Made by a program: the position numbers and the translations under genes. Source: an uncultured Duncaniella sp. (lineage in GTDB: Bacteria > Bacteroidota > Bacteroidia > Bacteroidales > Muribaculaceae). Taken from it: a stretch of DNA of 64,000 nucleotides. Each line of letters starts with the position of its first letter. Positions within the stretch are counted from its first letter, which is position 1. Under the pieces are notes generated by a model, which was not told where the DNA came from, did not search any database, and worked only from the letters and a program-made list of their open reading frames with translations. The stretch is taken from positions 112,179 to 176,178 of the forward strand of contig CATWQI010000004.1 of the NCBI GenBank assembly GCA_958352885.1. Direction: 5' to 3'. Shown one piece after another: positions 17,601 to 26,193 of the stretch.

Positions 17601-20322
17601 TGCCGGACTGGAGGCTGCGGTGATACTTGATATGTATAATACTGCCCTGAATGCTCTTGCCACACAAGATTGGAAGCTGCGGTTTGAAACCGGCGGTGCT
17701 TTGGGGTATAGTTTCTATGCTAACAATCCCGGTGCGGTTAATAATGAATATTTCAGCAAATCTGTCAATGCCCGTAACCGTCGTTGCCCTAATCTGTTGA
17801 AACCGGGGTTCAATACTTACGGTCTCTCATTTGCGTATGGCGCTGATGGTGCTGATGACTTGATGGTGGTCAGAGAGATGAAAAGTGCGGCAAATGTGCG
17901 AATCAGAGGTGCAGCCGGGACAGGAGCTCTGACCATGAAGATGGCTGATTTTAACGTAGCTACGGAGGAAGCTGTCGCTGAGGATGGCGATGCTTCATCC
18001 GCGCTTGCTGATGCAGGTGCTTCAGGGATGAATGAATCCGGTGACAATGCCGGGAATACTTTCAGTTACCGTGACAGTGAAGTGCCTCTTGCGTTCTTTG
18101 CGCCTTTGCTCTCCACGGATGCTGATGGAAATCTGACGTTTACGTTTACTGTCCCCAATGCAAACACTACATGGGGTTTTCGTGCTCTCGCTTATACCGA
18201 TTCGTTGCTGTCCACTGATTTTGCCGCTGATGTGCTTGCCAATAAGCCGGTGATGGTGCAACCTAATCTTCCCAGATTCCTTCGTGCCGGAGATAAGGCT
18301 GAGGTCCTTGCCACAGTTATGAATGGTAGTGAGGATGAGCAGGTCGTCACTACCTCCATAGAAATTTTCAATCCTGTTGACGGCTCTGTGATAAGCGACT
18401 GTACCAGGGTCGACACCATCGCTCCTTCTGCGACTGCGGTCGCATCCGTATCGATTGACGCTCCTGCCTACGGGGCATACCTCGGCTATCTGGTCAAGTC
18501 GTCCAGTGGTAATTTCACTGATGGAGAACAGTCTTTGATTCCGCTTTTGCCTGCCACTACACCGGTAATCGAGACATATCCGTTTTACATATCGCCTGAT
18601 TCTCTTGATTATTCAATGAAGTTGCCGCCTGTCCCTGCAGATGCGCGGGTGACTCTTCAGTTTTGTGAGAATCCCGCATGGTATGTAGTCACAGCTCTTC
18701 CGGGATTGTTGGATTTTACGCCTTCTACTGCCAATGAAGCAGCTGCGTCAATATTCTCCGCAGCTATTGCGTCGGGGTTACTTCGTGATAATTCTGTCAT
18801 TGCAGAGGCTCTGAGAGAGTGGGAGAGGGGTGATAAAAGTGACGGGGCGCTCACATCTATGCTTGAGCGTAATGAGGATTTGAAGATCTTGCTGCTGTCT
18901 GCCACACCGTGGATGCTTGATGCGAAGTCTGACACCGAGCGAATGACACGTCTTTCGCTTCTGTTTGACAAAAAGACTGTCGAGCGTGTGTATTCCAGAG
19001 CGATAGGACTGCTGAAACGCCTTGAGTGTGAAGGTGGTGGATGGTCTTGGTATTCTCATGCCGGCGCCCCGTCGCAGTGGGCTACTGAAAATGTATTGAT
19101 GATGATGGGGCGATTGCGTTCGCTTGGCTATCTCCCGAATGACAAGACACTGTCCAAGATGATTCTAAGTGCTATCGGTTATATGGATAGGTACGTGGCG
19201 CACCGGTATGAAGAACATCCACAATATGCCGATTACACCACATATATTTATATGCGTGATTATTTCAAAGGTTTTACCTCAACCGGTGGTGCGTCGCAGG
19301 CTATCAATGCCACGGTTCAGGGAATCCTGAAAAAATGGTCAATGGCTTCAGTGTTTGAAAAAGCAGTGTATGCACGTATACTTTCCGAACATGGCTATCC
19401 GTCAGTTGCCGGACGCATCATGGATTCGCTTCGTGAATACTCGCAGTCATCACCGGATAAGGGTATGTGGTGGCCGTCGCTTGACAATATGACTCTGTGG
19501 TCCATGGGCAAGGTTGGAACTACCGCCGTCATCCTTGAGGCATTTGCGGCTGTCGACCCCGGGTGTAAGGATATAGACCTCATACGTCAATGGCTCATTC
19601 TCCAGAAAGAATCAATGGATTGGGGCACATCTGTGACGACATCGGCGGCTGTCGCTGCAATACTATCCACCTCAGGTCGTTGGGTTAAGCCATCGTCAAG
19701 AGCAGTTGTTTCGATTGGAGATTCAATAATTACACCTGCTGGAGTGGAGGCAATGACCGGTTATTTCCGTTTGCCGCTCTCAGTCGCAGCAATTTCCGGC
19801 AAGGAGTTACATGTGGCGAAAGGAGAGGGTGCTCCATCGTGGGGGGCGGTGTTCTGCCGGTATACTGATTCCATAACTTCTGTACGTGAGTCTGGTTGTG
19901 ATGCCGTGAACATAAGCAAGACCGTTAATAAGATGATGTCAGGAAAATCTGGCGTTTCAGCCGTAACTGCCGATACTTTAAGAGTGGGTGATAGGGTAAA
20001 GGTTCAGCTCACACTTACGGTTGAGCGTGATATGGATTACGTGACGATAGTGGATGATCGTCCGGCATGTTACGAGCCTGTTGAACAGCTGCCGAAACCG
20101 ATTGTTGCCGAAGGCATATATTTCTATCGTGAGAATCGAGATTCATCGACACGCTTCTTCATCACGCATTTGCCCAAAGGAACTTATATCCTTTCTTATG
20201 ATATGTGGGTGAACAATGCCGGGTGTTTTACTTCCGGTATAGCCACGGTGCAGAGCCAATATGCACCTCAGCTGTCCGCTCATTCCTCAGGCGGTTTGAT
20301 TTCGGTGATGGAACAGGAGTAA
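14653..20322 (+). CDS. Alpha-2-macroglobulin-family / MG2-domain large lipoprotein (1889 aa)
   Basis: Signal peptide, then repeated Ig-like/MG-type beta-rich segments and a C-terminal region resembling bacterial A2M. No CxEQ thioester motif was seen. Size and architecture match Bacteroidetes 'alpha-2-macroglobulin family protein'. Confidence 0.5.
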   Translation: MCTDRVVTVMCLLLLLLTFASSEAAVPGQPDFAYPKTVSTRAEKSLNDAILRSDNVGIVRSLMDLYLAQTSISTDNSPKVLNRIADVCRESDDKPLKAMLYLLQADIYNGIYRGDRWKYDGRDIPLDPVPDNYKLWSGGQFKHRIISLIDSALSFAPQLERIPLKDYARILNADTHTYIYYPTLYDFVASRSIGILEGFSQNNRVFSWGLLVPHDIYLESPFPKSDAVATRILELYASLLRVNSGKVAATVNTDISRIAFINNRIYQADDSSANRLLAILRALYEENRASEYSGDVLCFIGDNCSGYDSKWLYDAIVYNLGKFPAYWRNGCLLNIKNRLSRKSVSISTPSTVSPGAPVDIDVSLENLNNVTLRVYDVSASPIYNDGVRFKDAASRKLIATLDASIKGNIPFSGETSVKYTFGKVGNYIVVPVIDGVEQTDRSYSKIHVTHYSIGVSYFKDKRLWVVDAVTGKPVSDAQLTVYKDLNNYRMQPMPVSVGKTSSDGSHAFAETGNAVVEKDGDKYARPLFVHDLRNQSVADWSKATAGFAALPIYHPGDTVQWTAVCYEYKGKAQRLCGNVTVKAVMRDASYAPVDTVTLVTDEYGRVNGSFPISKDCLTGRFAIIIDEYGMALSFEVSDYKLPTFRVELLPVEKDCPSKGDVTLRGKVVTYSGFPLPDVKVTADISVAPRMRWWWNRSRGVSFYSCEATTAGDGTFEMTVEASALATSPVPDGVFTASISALSISGETQTASAVFETGTRYEIQVSLPAAIEVGNGVTPIAAKVVNYLDSVEPMPINYAIKRDSVVVASGVMSVADRSIDFRLLPSGEYQLSFTLEDAALADEYTVPTVIYRSDDRSTPVPGTLLWYPSTSVTVRGGNSGKWIYAVDCDTYLLVTVWTSDELISQKWIKANAGMHILDIQLPESIDEANVAVSVTGNHRRSYANLKIKRSGREKGIKFVTESFRDRLLPGGEETWTFKVVDNTGAGLEAAVILDMYNTALNALATQDWKLRFETGGALGYSFYANNPGAVNNEYFSKSVNARNRRCPNLLKPGFNTYGLSFAYGADGADDLMVVREMKSAANVRIRGAAGTGALTMKMADFNVATEEAVAEDGDASSALADAGASGMNESGDNAGNTFSYRDSEVPLAFFAPLLSTDADGNLTFTFTVPNANTTWGFRALAYTDSLLSTDFAADVLANKPVMVQPNLPRFLRAGDKAEVLATVMNGSEDEQVVTTSIEIFNPVDGSVISDCTRVDTIAPSATAVASVSIDAPAYGAYLGYLVKSSSGNFTDGEQSLIPLLPATTPVIETYPFYISPDSLDYSMKLPPVPADARVTLQFCENPAWYVVTALPGLLDFTPSTANEAAASIFSAAIASGLLRDNSVIAEALREWERGDKSDGALTSMLERNEDLKILLLSATPWMLDAKSDTERMTRLSLLFDKKTVERVYSRAIGLLKRLECEGGGWSWYSHAGAPSQWATENVLMMMGRLRSLGYLPNDKTLSKMILSAIGYMDRYVAHRYEEHPQYADYTTYIYMRDYFKGFTSTGGASQAINATVQGILKKWSMASVFEKAVYARILSEHGYPSVAGRIMDSLREYSQSSPDKGMWWPSLDNMTLWSMGKVGTTAVILEAFAAVDPGCKDIDLIRQWLILQKESMDWGTSVTTSAAVAAILSTSGRWVKPSSRAVVSIGDSIITPAGVEAMTGYFRLPLSVAAISGKELHVAKGEGAPSWGAVFCRYTDSITSVRESGCDAVNISKTVNKMMSGKSGVSAVTADTLRVGDRVKVQLTLTVERDMDYVTIVDDRPACYEPVEQLPKPIVAEGIYFYRENRDSSTRFFITHLPKGTYILSYDMWVNNAGCFTSGIATVQSQYAPQLSAHSSGGLISVMEQE

Positions 20323-20441
20323 GATCCCGGCATTAACAAATATTGCGGCACGGGGTCTAACGGTAGCCATGATGAGAACGACGGGATACTTTACCGTCTG
20401 TACCCAATGTGGCTACTTTTTACTTTTTTTAAGAGTATTGC

Positions 20442-20470
20442 GGGTTCAGGAGTTTTGAACCTAAGTTTTT
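20442..20470 (+). terminator. Putative intrinsic terminator after the A2M gene
   Basis: Short stem ggttca/tgaacc followed by aagtttttt. Confidence 0.35.
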
Positions 20471-20570
20471 TCGTCTTAACTTTGTATCGTCATCAATAGC
20501 CTTTTAGCATTGGCGTTTAATTACCAGTTAATTATCATAGTCAATAGTAACATCTCTCTACTAACCTCAG

Positions 20571-22145
20571 ATGAAACATATTCTTGTAGGTCTTATAATC
20601 GCATTATGTGCTCCGTTGGTCATCGCCGTACCAGCGGATTTTCCTGCGACTAATAAGGAACTGCTTGACCTGTTGGACAAGGAGTTGGATGGGCGAGGCA
20701 GATATGTGGAGAAACACCGCAAAAAGATAGACTCCCTTCGACGGGAGATTGCCGTGACAAAGGACAGTGTCAGGCTTTTGTCTCTCTATTGTACTCTCGG
20801 TAAGTCTTTTGATCTGATTAACGCTGATTCGGCGGTGATGTATTATACGCGCGGTCTTGAAATAGGCAAATCTGTAGGTGATGCGGTTGCCGTGCAACGA
20901 TTTTTTATCATGCGTGCAAGCGAATTCCGCAAGATGGGAGCTGTGCATGAGGGAATAAAGGATCTGGAACATGTAAGAGACGTGGGTGTAAGAGACGAGA
21001 ATCTTGATTTGTTCTATGATACCGGACGTGAGATTAATTTCTCCATGTCTTCGTTCTATCCATATACAGATGCTACTCTTGGTTATATTCGTCAAGGGCT
21101 TGAGTTTGCAAAGCGTGAGATTGAAGTGCTCCAGCCAGGGTCTTTGCGTTATCTGCTGTGCCAGGGCTTAATTCATTTTGCGCAGGGAGACAGGGATATA
21201 GCTATGGAATTCATGCTGGAGATTCTCGGTAAAGCGGATATAACTGACCATGAATATTCGGTTGCGGCAACCCTTCTGGGTGAGCAGTATGTAAAAATCG
21301 GAAAGACTGACGATGCAATCTATTATTTTGCCCTCGGAGCGCTCTCTAATGTGTATCGGGCTAATCGTCACGGTACAGCCTTGCTTAGACTTGGAGAAGT
21401 CCTGTATGCCCATAAGGATACGGTAAGAGCGCACAACTATCTTTCGGTCGCACTTGAAAACGCACTTCTTGCAAACTCCAAGATGAATGCGTCGCTCATT
21501 TCAGAGGCTTTTATGCCTGTGGCGAATGACATACAACAGCATAACAACAGGCGTGTCGCCATGCTCGGTTTCCTTACGGTGTGTCTTGTCGGAGTGCTTG
21601 CTCTCCTTGGAAGGATGTATGTCGCAAAGAGACGTGAGATGCTCGTGGTGCAGAATGTGCGTTTGGCGCTCGCGGAGGCTAACCGTTCGAAAGAGACTTA
21701 CATGTCGCAGTTTATGAATCTTTGCTCGAGTTATATGGAGAGCCTCGAGGAGTTTAACCGCATGTGCCGCCGTAAGATTACTGCGGGGCAATCGGAGGAT
21801 CTCCTTAAGGTCATCAAGGCTGGCAAAGTGATGGATGACCAGCGTAAAAAGTTCTATGATATTTTTGATGATTCCTTCTTGCATATATATCCGACCTTTG
21901 TTTCGGATGTGAATGAATTATTAGTACCTGAAAAACGAGTGTCAGTGTCGGCGCCCAACGTTCTTACCACCGAACTCCGGATATTGGCGTTCATGAGGTT
22001 GGGTGTCGAGGACACAGCTCAGGTGGCTCGCTTTCTTGGTCTGTCACTTAACACCATCTACACTTATCGCAACAAGATGCGGACGCGTGCGCTCAATCGT
22101 GATACTTTCGAGGAGCAGGTGATGCGTATCGGAGCTATCGAATAG
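20571..22145 (+). CDS. DUF6377-like membrane-anchored regulator (N-terminal TPR-like region, one TM, C-terminal HTH)
   Basis: Signal/anchor. Internal TM VAMLGFLTVCLVGVLALLG. C-terminal LTTELRILAFMRLGVEDTAQVARFLGLSLNTIYTYRNKMRTRA is a LuxR/sigma-70-region-4-like HTH. Confidence 0.6.
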   Translation: MKHILVGLIIALCAPLVIAVPADFPATNKELLDLLDKELDGRGRYVEKHRKKIDSLRREIAVTKDSVRLLSLYCTLGKSFDLINADSAVMYYTRGLEIGKSVGDAVAVQRFFIMRASEFRKMGAVHEGIKDLEHVRDVGVRDENLDLFYDTGREINFSMSSFYPYTDATLGYIRQGLEFAKREIEVLQPGSLRYLLCQGLIHFAQGDRDIAMEFMLEILGKADITDHEYSVAATLLGEQYVKIGKTDDAIYYFALGALSNVYRANRHGTALLRLGEVLYAHKDTVRAHNYLSVALENALLANSKMNASLISEAFMPVANDIQQHNNRRVAMLGFLTVCLVGVLALLGRMYVAKRREMLVVQNVRLALAEANRSKETYMSQFMNLCSSYMESLEEFNRMCRRKITAGQSEDLLKVIKAGKVMDDQRKKFYDIFDDSFLHIYPTFVSDVNELLVPEKRVSVSAPNVLTTELRILAFMRLGVEDTAQVARFLGLSLNTIYTYRNKMRTRALNRDTFEEQVMRIGAIE

Positions 22146-22183
22146 GCAGGTTAAAAAGTAATTTTTCTGGCTGTTTATGTTAA

Positions 22184-22213
22184 TTCCCGGTTTAGATTTA
22201 AGCCGGGTTTTTA
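22184..22213 (+). terminator. Intrinsic terminator after the DUF6377-like gene
   Basis: cccggttt...aagccggg stem followed by ttttta. Confidence 0.4.
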
Positions 22214-22312
22214 TATGTGTAATATTCTGAGAATCAGGTGAATGATATTTATATTTTGTTTGTATGATTTATATTATATCGCATAGGTGTTGCGGGAGAG
22301 TGAAAAACGCTC

Positions 22313-22320
22313 TAATTTTG
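22313..22320 (+). promoter_or_regulatory. -7 promoter box TAatTTTG inside the ORF-free island
   Basis: Exact motif. No ORF lies downstream. Confidence 0.3.
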
Positions 22321-22710
22321 CGTTATATAAATAAAGAGAAATGCTGATAAAGCATCTAAGAATACATCAGTAGGGACATTATTTATTAATAAAGATATAA
22401 TTAGGTAAGAAAGATTTGTTTTTGTTAGATTGAAAATTTTACTACGTTAGATTCTGTGTGGAGCGGTCCTCGTGATGAGGGCGGCTCTCATTTTTATATT
22501 GATGCGGATATAACATTTTAGCGCCTGTTCGCTGATGGCTCAATTGTTAAATAGCGGTCTGGGATGTGGGGTTTATGATTAGATTTTTATTTAGATAAAT
22601 CAGGTGGATGCCATGGCATAATCCATTGTAAATCAGAAGTGAAATGCTTAGATATTTGATATGTACTTTTGATGAGAATGTTATAACGTCAAATCAACTG
22701 GTAAATGTTG

Positions 22711-22718
22711 TATCTTTG
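22711..22718 (+). promoter_or_regulatory. -7 promoter box TAtcTTTG inside the ORF-free island
   Basis: Exact motif about 90 nt upstream of the strong hairpin at 22806-22853. Confidence 0.35.
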
Positions 22719-22724
22719 TGATGT

Positions 22725-22858
22725 GTAAAATTTTAATCAGTTAATGGATTTGCATTAGAATAGCTTTAAAAATGAAGATAAATCGTGAATTATGCTAAGT
22801 GTTTAAACAAAACAAGCGGGCTGCCTCGAGAGAAGCGGCCCGCTTGTTTTGTTAAGGA
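22725..22858 (+). ncRNA. Candidate small RNA (about 130 nt) from promoter box 22711 to terminator hairpin 22806-22853
   Basis: Promoter-like box, no ORF, and a 16-19-bp GC-rich hairpin (aacaaaacaagcgggc...gcccgcttgttttgtt) followed by a U-rich tract. Purely structural inference. Confidence 0.2.
22806..22853. terminator. Strong hairpin (16 perfect + 3 extra bp) in the convergent intergenic island
   Basis: Inverted repeat read directly. T-rich on both flanks, so it could terminate either strand. Confidence 0.55.
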
Positions 22859-22950
22859 GCATGATGCTGATATCAGAGCTTGAATAGGGTGTGTCGGTGA
22901 TTTGTCAATGGTGATTTGTCAATAAGGTGGGAAAATAATCATGTGTACGT

Positions 22951-22988
22951 GAAAATAAAATCCCCGGCACATATATTATATGCCGGGG
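22951..22988 (-). terminator. Intrinsic terminator for the minus-strand lipoprotein gene
   Basis: ccccggca/tgccgggg 8-bp stem, then ttttattttc on the minus strand, 27 nt after the stop. Confidence 0.5.
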
Positions 22989-23014
22989 AAATACTATTTT
23001 ATCTCACAAGATGC

Positions 23015-24754
23015 TTATTTAAGCATTGCTTTCATTGCTGAAAATGCCTCTTCGGCAGATTCAAATTTCTGCACATAATTCTTCTGAGCAGCACCGCAGG
23101 CGCGGCTCATGCTCTGGGAAGGTGCTTGCTGTGCGTTCTGGTTGAAGTTCAGGGCTATTTTGAATTCATCGGTATTGCTCTCCCAGATAGTCTGCAGGTC
23201 TGAGAATTTCTCAATGCCGAGCATACCATACATCATGCTCATCATGGGATTCTGTGCCGCCATCTCATCCATCATGTTCTGGAGTGCGGGGAGGAACTTG
23301 AATATTATGACCATGAACGGGTCTGCCATCTCCTTGTCAATATAGAGTGACAGGTAATCGCCGTCAACGCTATATTTCAGGGGCACACCGGTCTGTAGCC
23401 AGGTGAGGATGGTACGGATGGTCTCTGGGTTTACATCGCTGAGGTCAACGCCTTCAAGACCGATGGAGGGAAGAATCTGGTTGGCATAATTGATGAGGGC
23501 GGCAGGTTCCATCTGCGACAGCTGTGATATGAGTCCCATAATCATCTCGGGGCTTACATCTGAGTCGCCGTTATCCTTGTTTGCCTGTGCGACAATCTGC
23601 ATGATGTCAGGCACGAAGTAGAAGTAGCCGTCGCGGCAGTACCAATATGCGAGACCGGCGGGTGATTCGTACCATGTAGTCTGGCTGGGGGTCATGTTGG
23701 GATCAAGAAGCTCGATGAACCATCCGATTAATGCGAACATATTTTCTGTATCGTTGAAATCCGGAAGCTGGCGCTTTACATGATTGATGTCTCCATATTT
23801 GGCGGTGAAAGTTCCGTTGGTGTTGAGCGAAACATTGCTTAGGAGGTCAACCATGAAGTGGGAAACGGCTCTTGAACCGATTGTCGCTATGTTCTGTCCG
23901 TTGGTTTCGTTCTCGTCGATAGCAGACCATACCAACCGGAATGCGGGATAATCAGTTGGGTGGTAATCATCGTCAATTGATTCCGGGTCAAGAGAAAGAT
24001 TCCAGGTCTTGGCTATGCCTCCTTGGGCTGCGCTGCCAAGAGTGGGAACGACATTCATTTCCAATACTCCTGAGCCTGCATTGAACTTTCCGGTATAGGC
24101 TACTGTAGTGCCGTTTTCAGTGGTAGTCTCGCCTTCGAATTCGCCATTGGCATCGGGATAAACCCCCGGTATAGCCACTGTGTAATCGCCGGGAATCACA
24201 CCGATAAGTGTGAGCACGGGTACATCGTTGACTGCGGAATATGCGGCAGCTCTTCCGGGACACGGTATGTCGCAGTAGGTGAGAGCTATCGAATCATTGC
24301 GGTAAACGCCTATGTAGAAAGCTGCGCCTGACGCAGTGATATTTATTATGGCTTTGCCGTCGGTGGTGATGGTACCGTTGACCTCAATGGTCATGAATGC
24401 TTTGTCGCTGCCGGTAGCTTCTGCTCGTGAGGGTGCGGTGGTCAGGTCTGTTGTACCATTAAAATTAAAGGAGCCGTTTTCCAGTTCGGTCATTGTCACA
24501 TCCACTGGTACGGACTGGTAACCTGGTATTGCGTCAGTAAGGGTAACAACGCCTTCAGTTGCGCTTATGGCGTTGAATGTTGCTTTGCCGTTCTGTGACA
24601 GCTGCCCGTTGACTGATAGAGAGAGGTCGCCGCTTGCTGCGGTAATCTCTTCTTTGGGGAGCTGTGTCCAGCTTTCAGGGTCATCGCTGCTACACGCTGT
24701 GAACAATGCTATCGAGCACAGTGCGGCTAACATGAACTTAAAATTCTTTTTCAT
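23015..24754 (-). CDS. Hypothetical surface/periplasmic lipoprotein (579 aa)
   Basis: Lipoprotein signal MKKNFKFMLAALCSIALFTAC|SSDD. Beta-rich N-terminal half and alpha-rich C-terminal half. No catalytic motif recognised. Confidence 0.55.
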   Translation of the reverse strand: MKKNFKFMLAALCSIALFTACSSDDPESWTQLPKEEITAASGDLSLSVNGQLSQNGKATFNAISATEGVVTLTDAIPGYQSVPVDVTMTELENGSFNFNGTTDLTTAPSRAEATGSDKAFMTIEVNGTITTDGKAIINITASGAAFYIGVYRNDSIALTYCDIPCPGRAAAYSAVNDVPVLTLIGVIPGDYTVAIPGVYPDANGEFEGETTTENGTTVAYTGKFNAGSGVLEMNVVPTLGSAAQGGIAKTWNLSLDPESIDDDYHPTDYPAFRLVWSAIDENETNGQNIATIGSRAVSHFMVDLLSNVSLNTNGTFTAKYGDINHVKRQLPDFNDTENMFALIGWFIELLDPNMTPSQTTWYESPAGLAYWYCRDGYFYFVPDIMQIVAQANKDNGDSDVSPEMIMGLISQLSQMEPAALINYANQILPSIGLEGVDLSDVNPETIRTILTWLQTGVPLKYSVDGDYLSLYIDKEMADPFMVIIFKFLPALQNMMDEMAAQNPMMSMMYGMLGIEKFSDLQTIWESNTDEFKIALNFNQNAQQAPSQSMSRACGAAQKNYVQKFESAEEAFSAMKAMLK

Positions 24755-24832
24755 TGCGTCTCTATTAGAGTTTAGTTAAAATGTGAGGGAGTGCACGGTT
24801 ATTATCCGTGTTTCCAAAATAGAAATTTCATG

Positions 24833-24840
24833 CAAAGGTA
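24833..24840 (-). promoter_or_regulatory. -7 promoter box TAccTTTG (minus strand) upstream of the lipoprotein gene
   Basis: Plus strand caaaggta, about 80 nt from the start at 24754. Confidence 0.35.
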
Positions 24841-24947
24841 AGCAAAATTGCTAAATATTTTAACAAAAATGGGCTGTTTTTGGCAAAAATGACGATTCTT
24901 AGGGTGAAATGTGTGAATCTGAGGCATCAAAAGTCATAAAAAATGTC

Positions 24948-24955
24948 TATCTTTG
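24948..24955 (+). promoter_or_regulatory. -7 promoter box TAtcTTTG upstream of the PCMD-like gene
   Basis: Exact motif 90 nt upstream of ATG 25046. Confidence 0.35.
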
Positions 24956-25045
24956 TACCTTATTATGTAGTATGCAATCAGATGCATTTCTTTGCAAGGT
25001 ATGTGCAATTAAAAAGTTTAAATAGAATCAAAAAACAGGTATATC

Positions 25046-26179
25046 ATGAGAATATTCAGACTGATGCTCGTAGTGGCTTTAGCGGCACTGGCGGGGTCAT
25101 GTATAAGAAAAGAGCCCCTCAATGCCGAGTGTGATATCATGGCGGCTATCCTTGATGGGGATGTCCTGAACAGAGTGCCAATTATTGAGAATAATAAGGT
25201 TATCATATATGTGAAGAATGGTGTGAGTGTCAAGGCTCTTGCACCTGAATTTGTCCTGACCCCGGGAGCGTCAATTGAGCCTGCGAGTGGTACAGCCCGT
25301 GATTTTTCTTCGCCTCAGACTTATATGACATCGTCGGAGGATGGCAAGTGGCATAAAGTGTACACTGTGGAGGTAAGACGCAACAGTTCTAACCTTGAGT
25401 TTAACTTTGAGAATGTCCGCACGGTGTCGGCTCTAATGGGCGCATGTTCTTACGATGTGTTTTACGAAATAGGAGCCAACGGTGCGGAATCACTGGCATG
25501 GGCGAGTGGTAATGCTGGATTCGCACTTACACTTCAGGGTACCACTCCTTCCACATTCCCGACATTCCAGAGTGATAATGGCTGGACTGGTAAGTGTGTG
25601 GAGATGGTGACACGTGCTACAGGTTCGTTTGGCGAGAGCGTCAAGAAGCCTTTGGCTGCCGGCAATCTTTTCCTCGGAAAGTTTGATATGAACAACGCCG
25701 TGAACAAGCCCTTGGAATCCACCCAGTTCGGAACCCCCTTCATAAACGTGCCGCTCTCGCTCAGTGGCTACTACAAGTACAGACCGGGTGAGACATATTG
25801 CCGTATGAACAGTACGACAGGCAAACTTGAGCCGGTGGATGGCAAGACTGACGAGTGCAACATATATGCCGTGTTCTTTGAAGTGACAGACAATATGGAA
25901 TGGCTTGACGGCACCAATGTGATGGCGGAGGATAACCCTAATATCCTCGCTGTGGCCCGTCTTTCGCCGGATCAGCGTGGACTTACGCCGGAATGGTCGG
26001 AATTCAATCTGCCGTTTGTATATCGTGAGGGAAAAACTGTGGACCCTGAAAAATTGGCTGAGGGCAAGTATAGCATCACGATTGTGTTCTCTTCGAGCAT
26101 TGACGGCGATTATTTCTCCGGTGCGATAGGCAGTACTCTGCTGGTTGACGAAGTGTTCATCTCATGTCAGAATCAGTAA
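25046..26179 (+). CDS. PCMD-domain-like lipoprotein (putative carbohydrate-metabolism domain family)
   Basis: Lipoprotein signal ...LAGSC|IRKE. Resembles Bacteroides 'PCMD domain-containing protein' (about 380 aa) from memory, but family membership was not verified. Confidence 0.45.
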   Translation: MRIFRLMLVVALAALAGSCIRKEPLNAECDIMAAILDGDVLNRVPIIENNKVIIYVKNGVSVKALAPEFVLTPGASIEPASGTARDFSSPQTYMTSSEDGKWHKVYTVEVRRNSSNLEFNFENVRTVSALMGACSYDVFYEIGANGAESLAWASGNAGFALTLQGTTPSTFPTFQSDNGWTGKCVEMVTRATGSFGESVKKPLAAGNLFLGKFDMNNAVNKPLESTQFGTPFINVPLSLSGYYKYRPGETYCRMNSTTGKLEPVDGKTDECNIYAVFFEVTDNMEWLDGTNVMAEDNPNILAVARLSPDQRGLTPEWSEFNLPFVYREGKTVDPEKLAEGKYSITIVFSSSIDGDYFSGAIGSTLLVDEVFISCQNQ

Positions 26180-26193
26180 CAATTTCACATTGA

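Noticed and set aside
25018-25233. Minus-strand 71-aa ORF overlapping the start of the PCMD-like gene
   Set aside because: It overlaps a signal-peptide-bearing lipoprotein gene with a promoter box. A hydrophobic antisense ORF here is an expected artefact.
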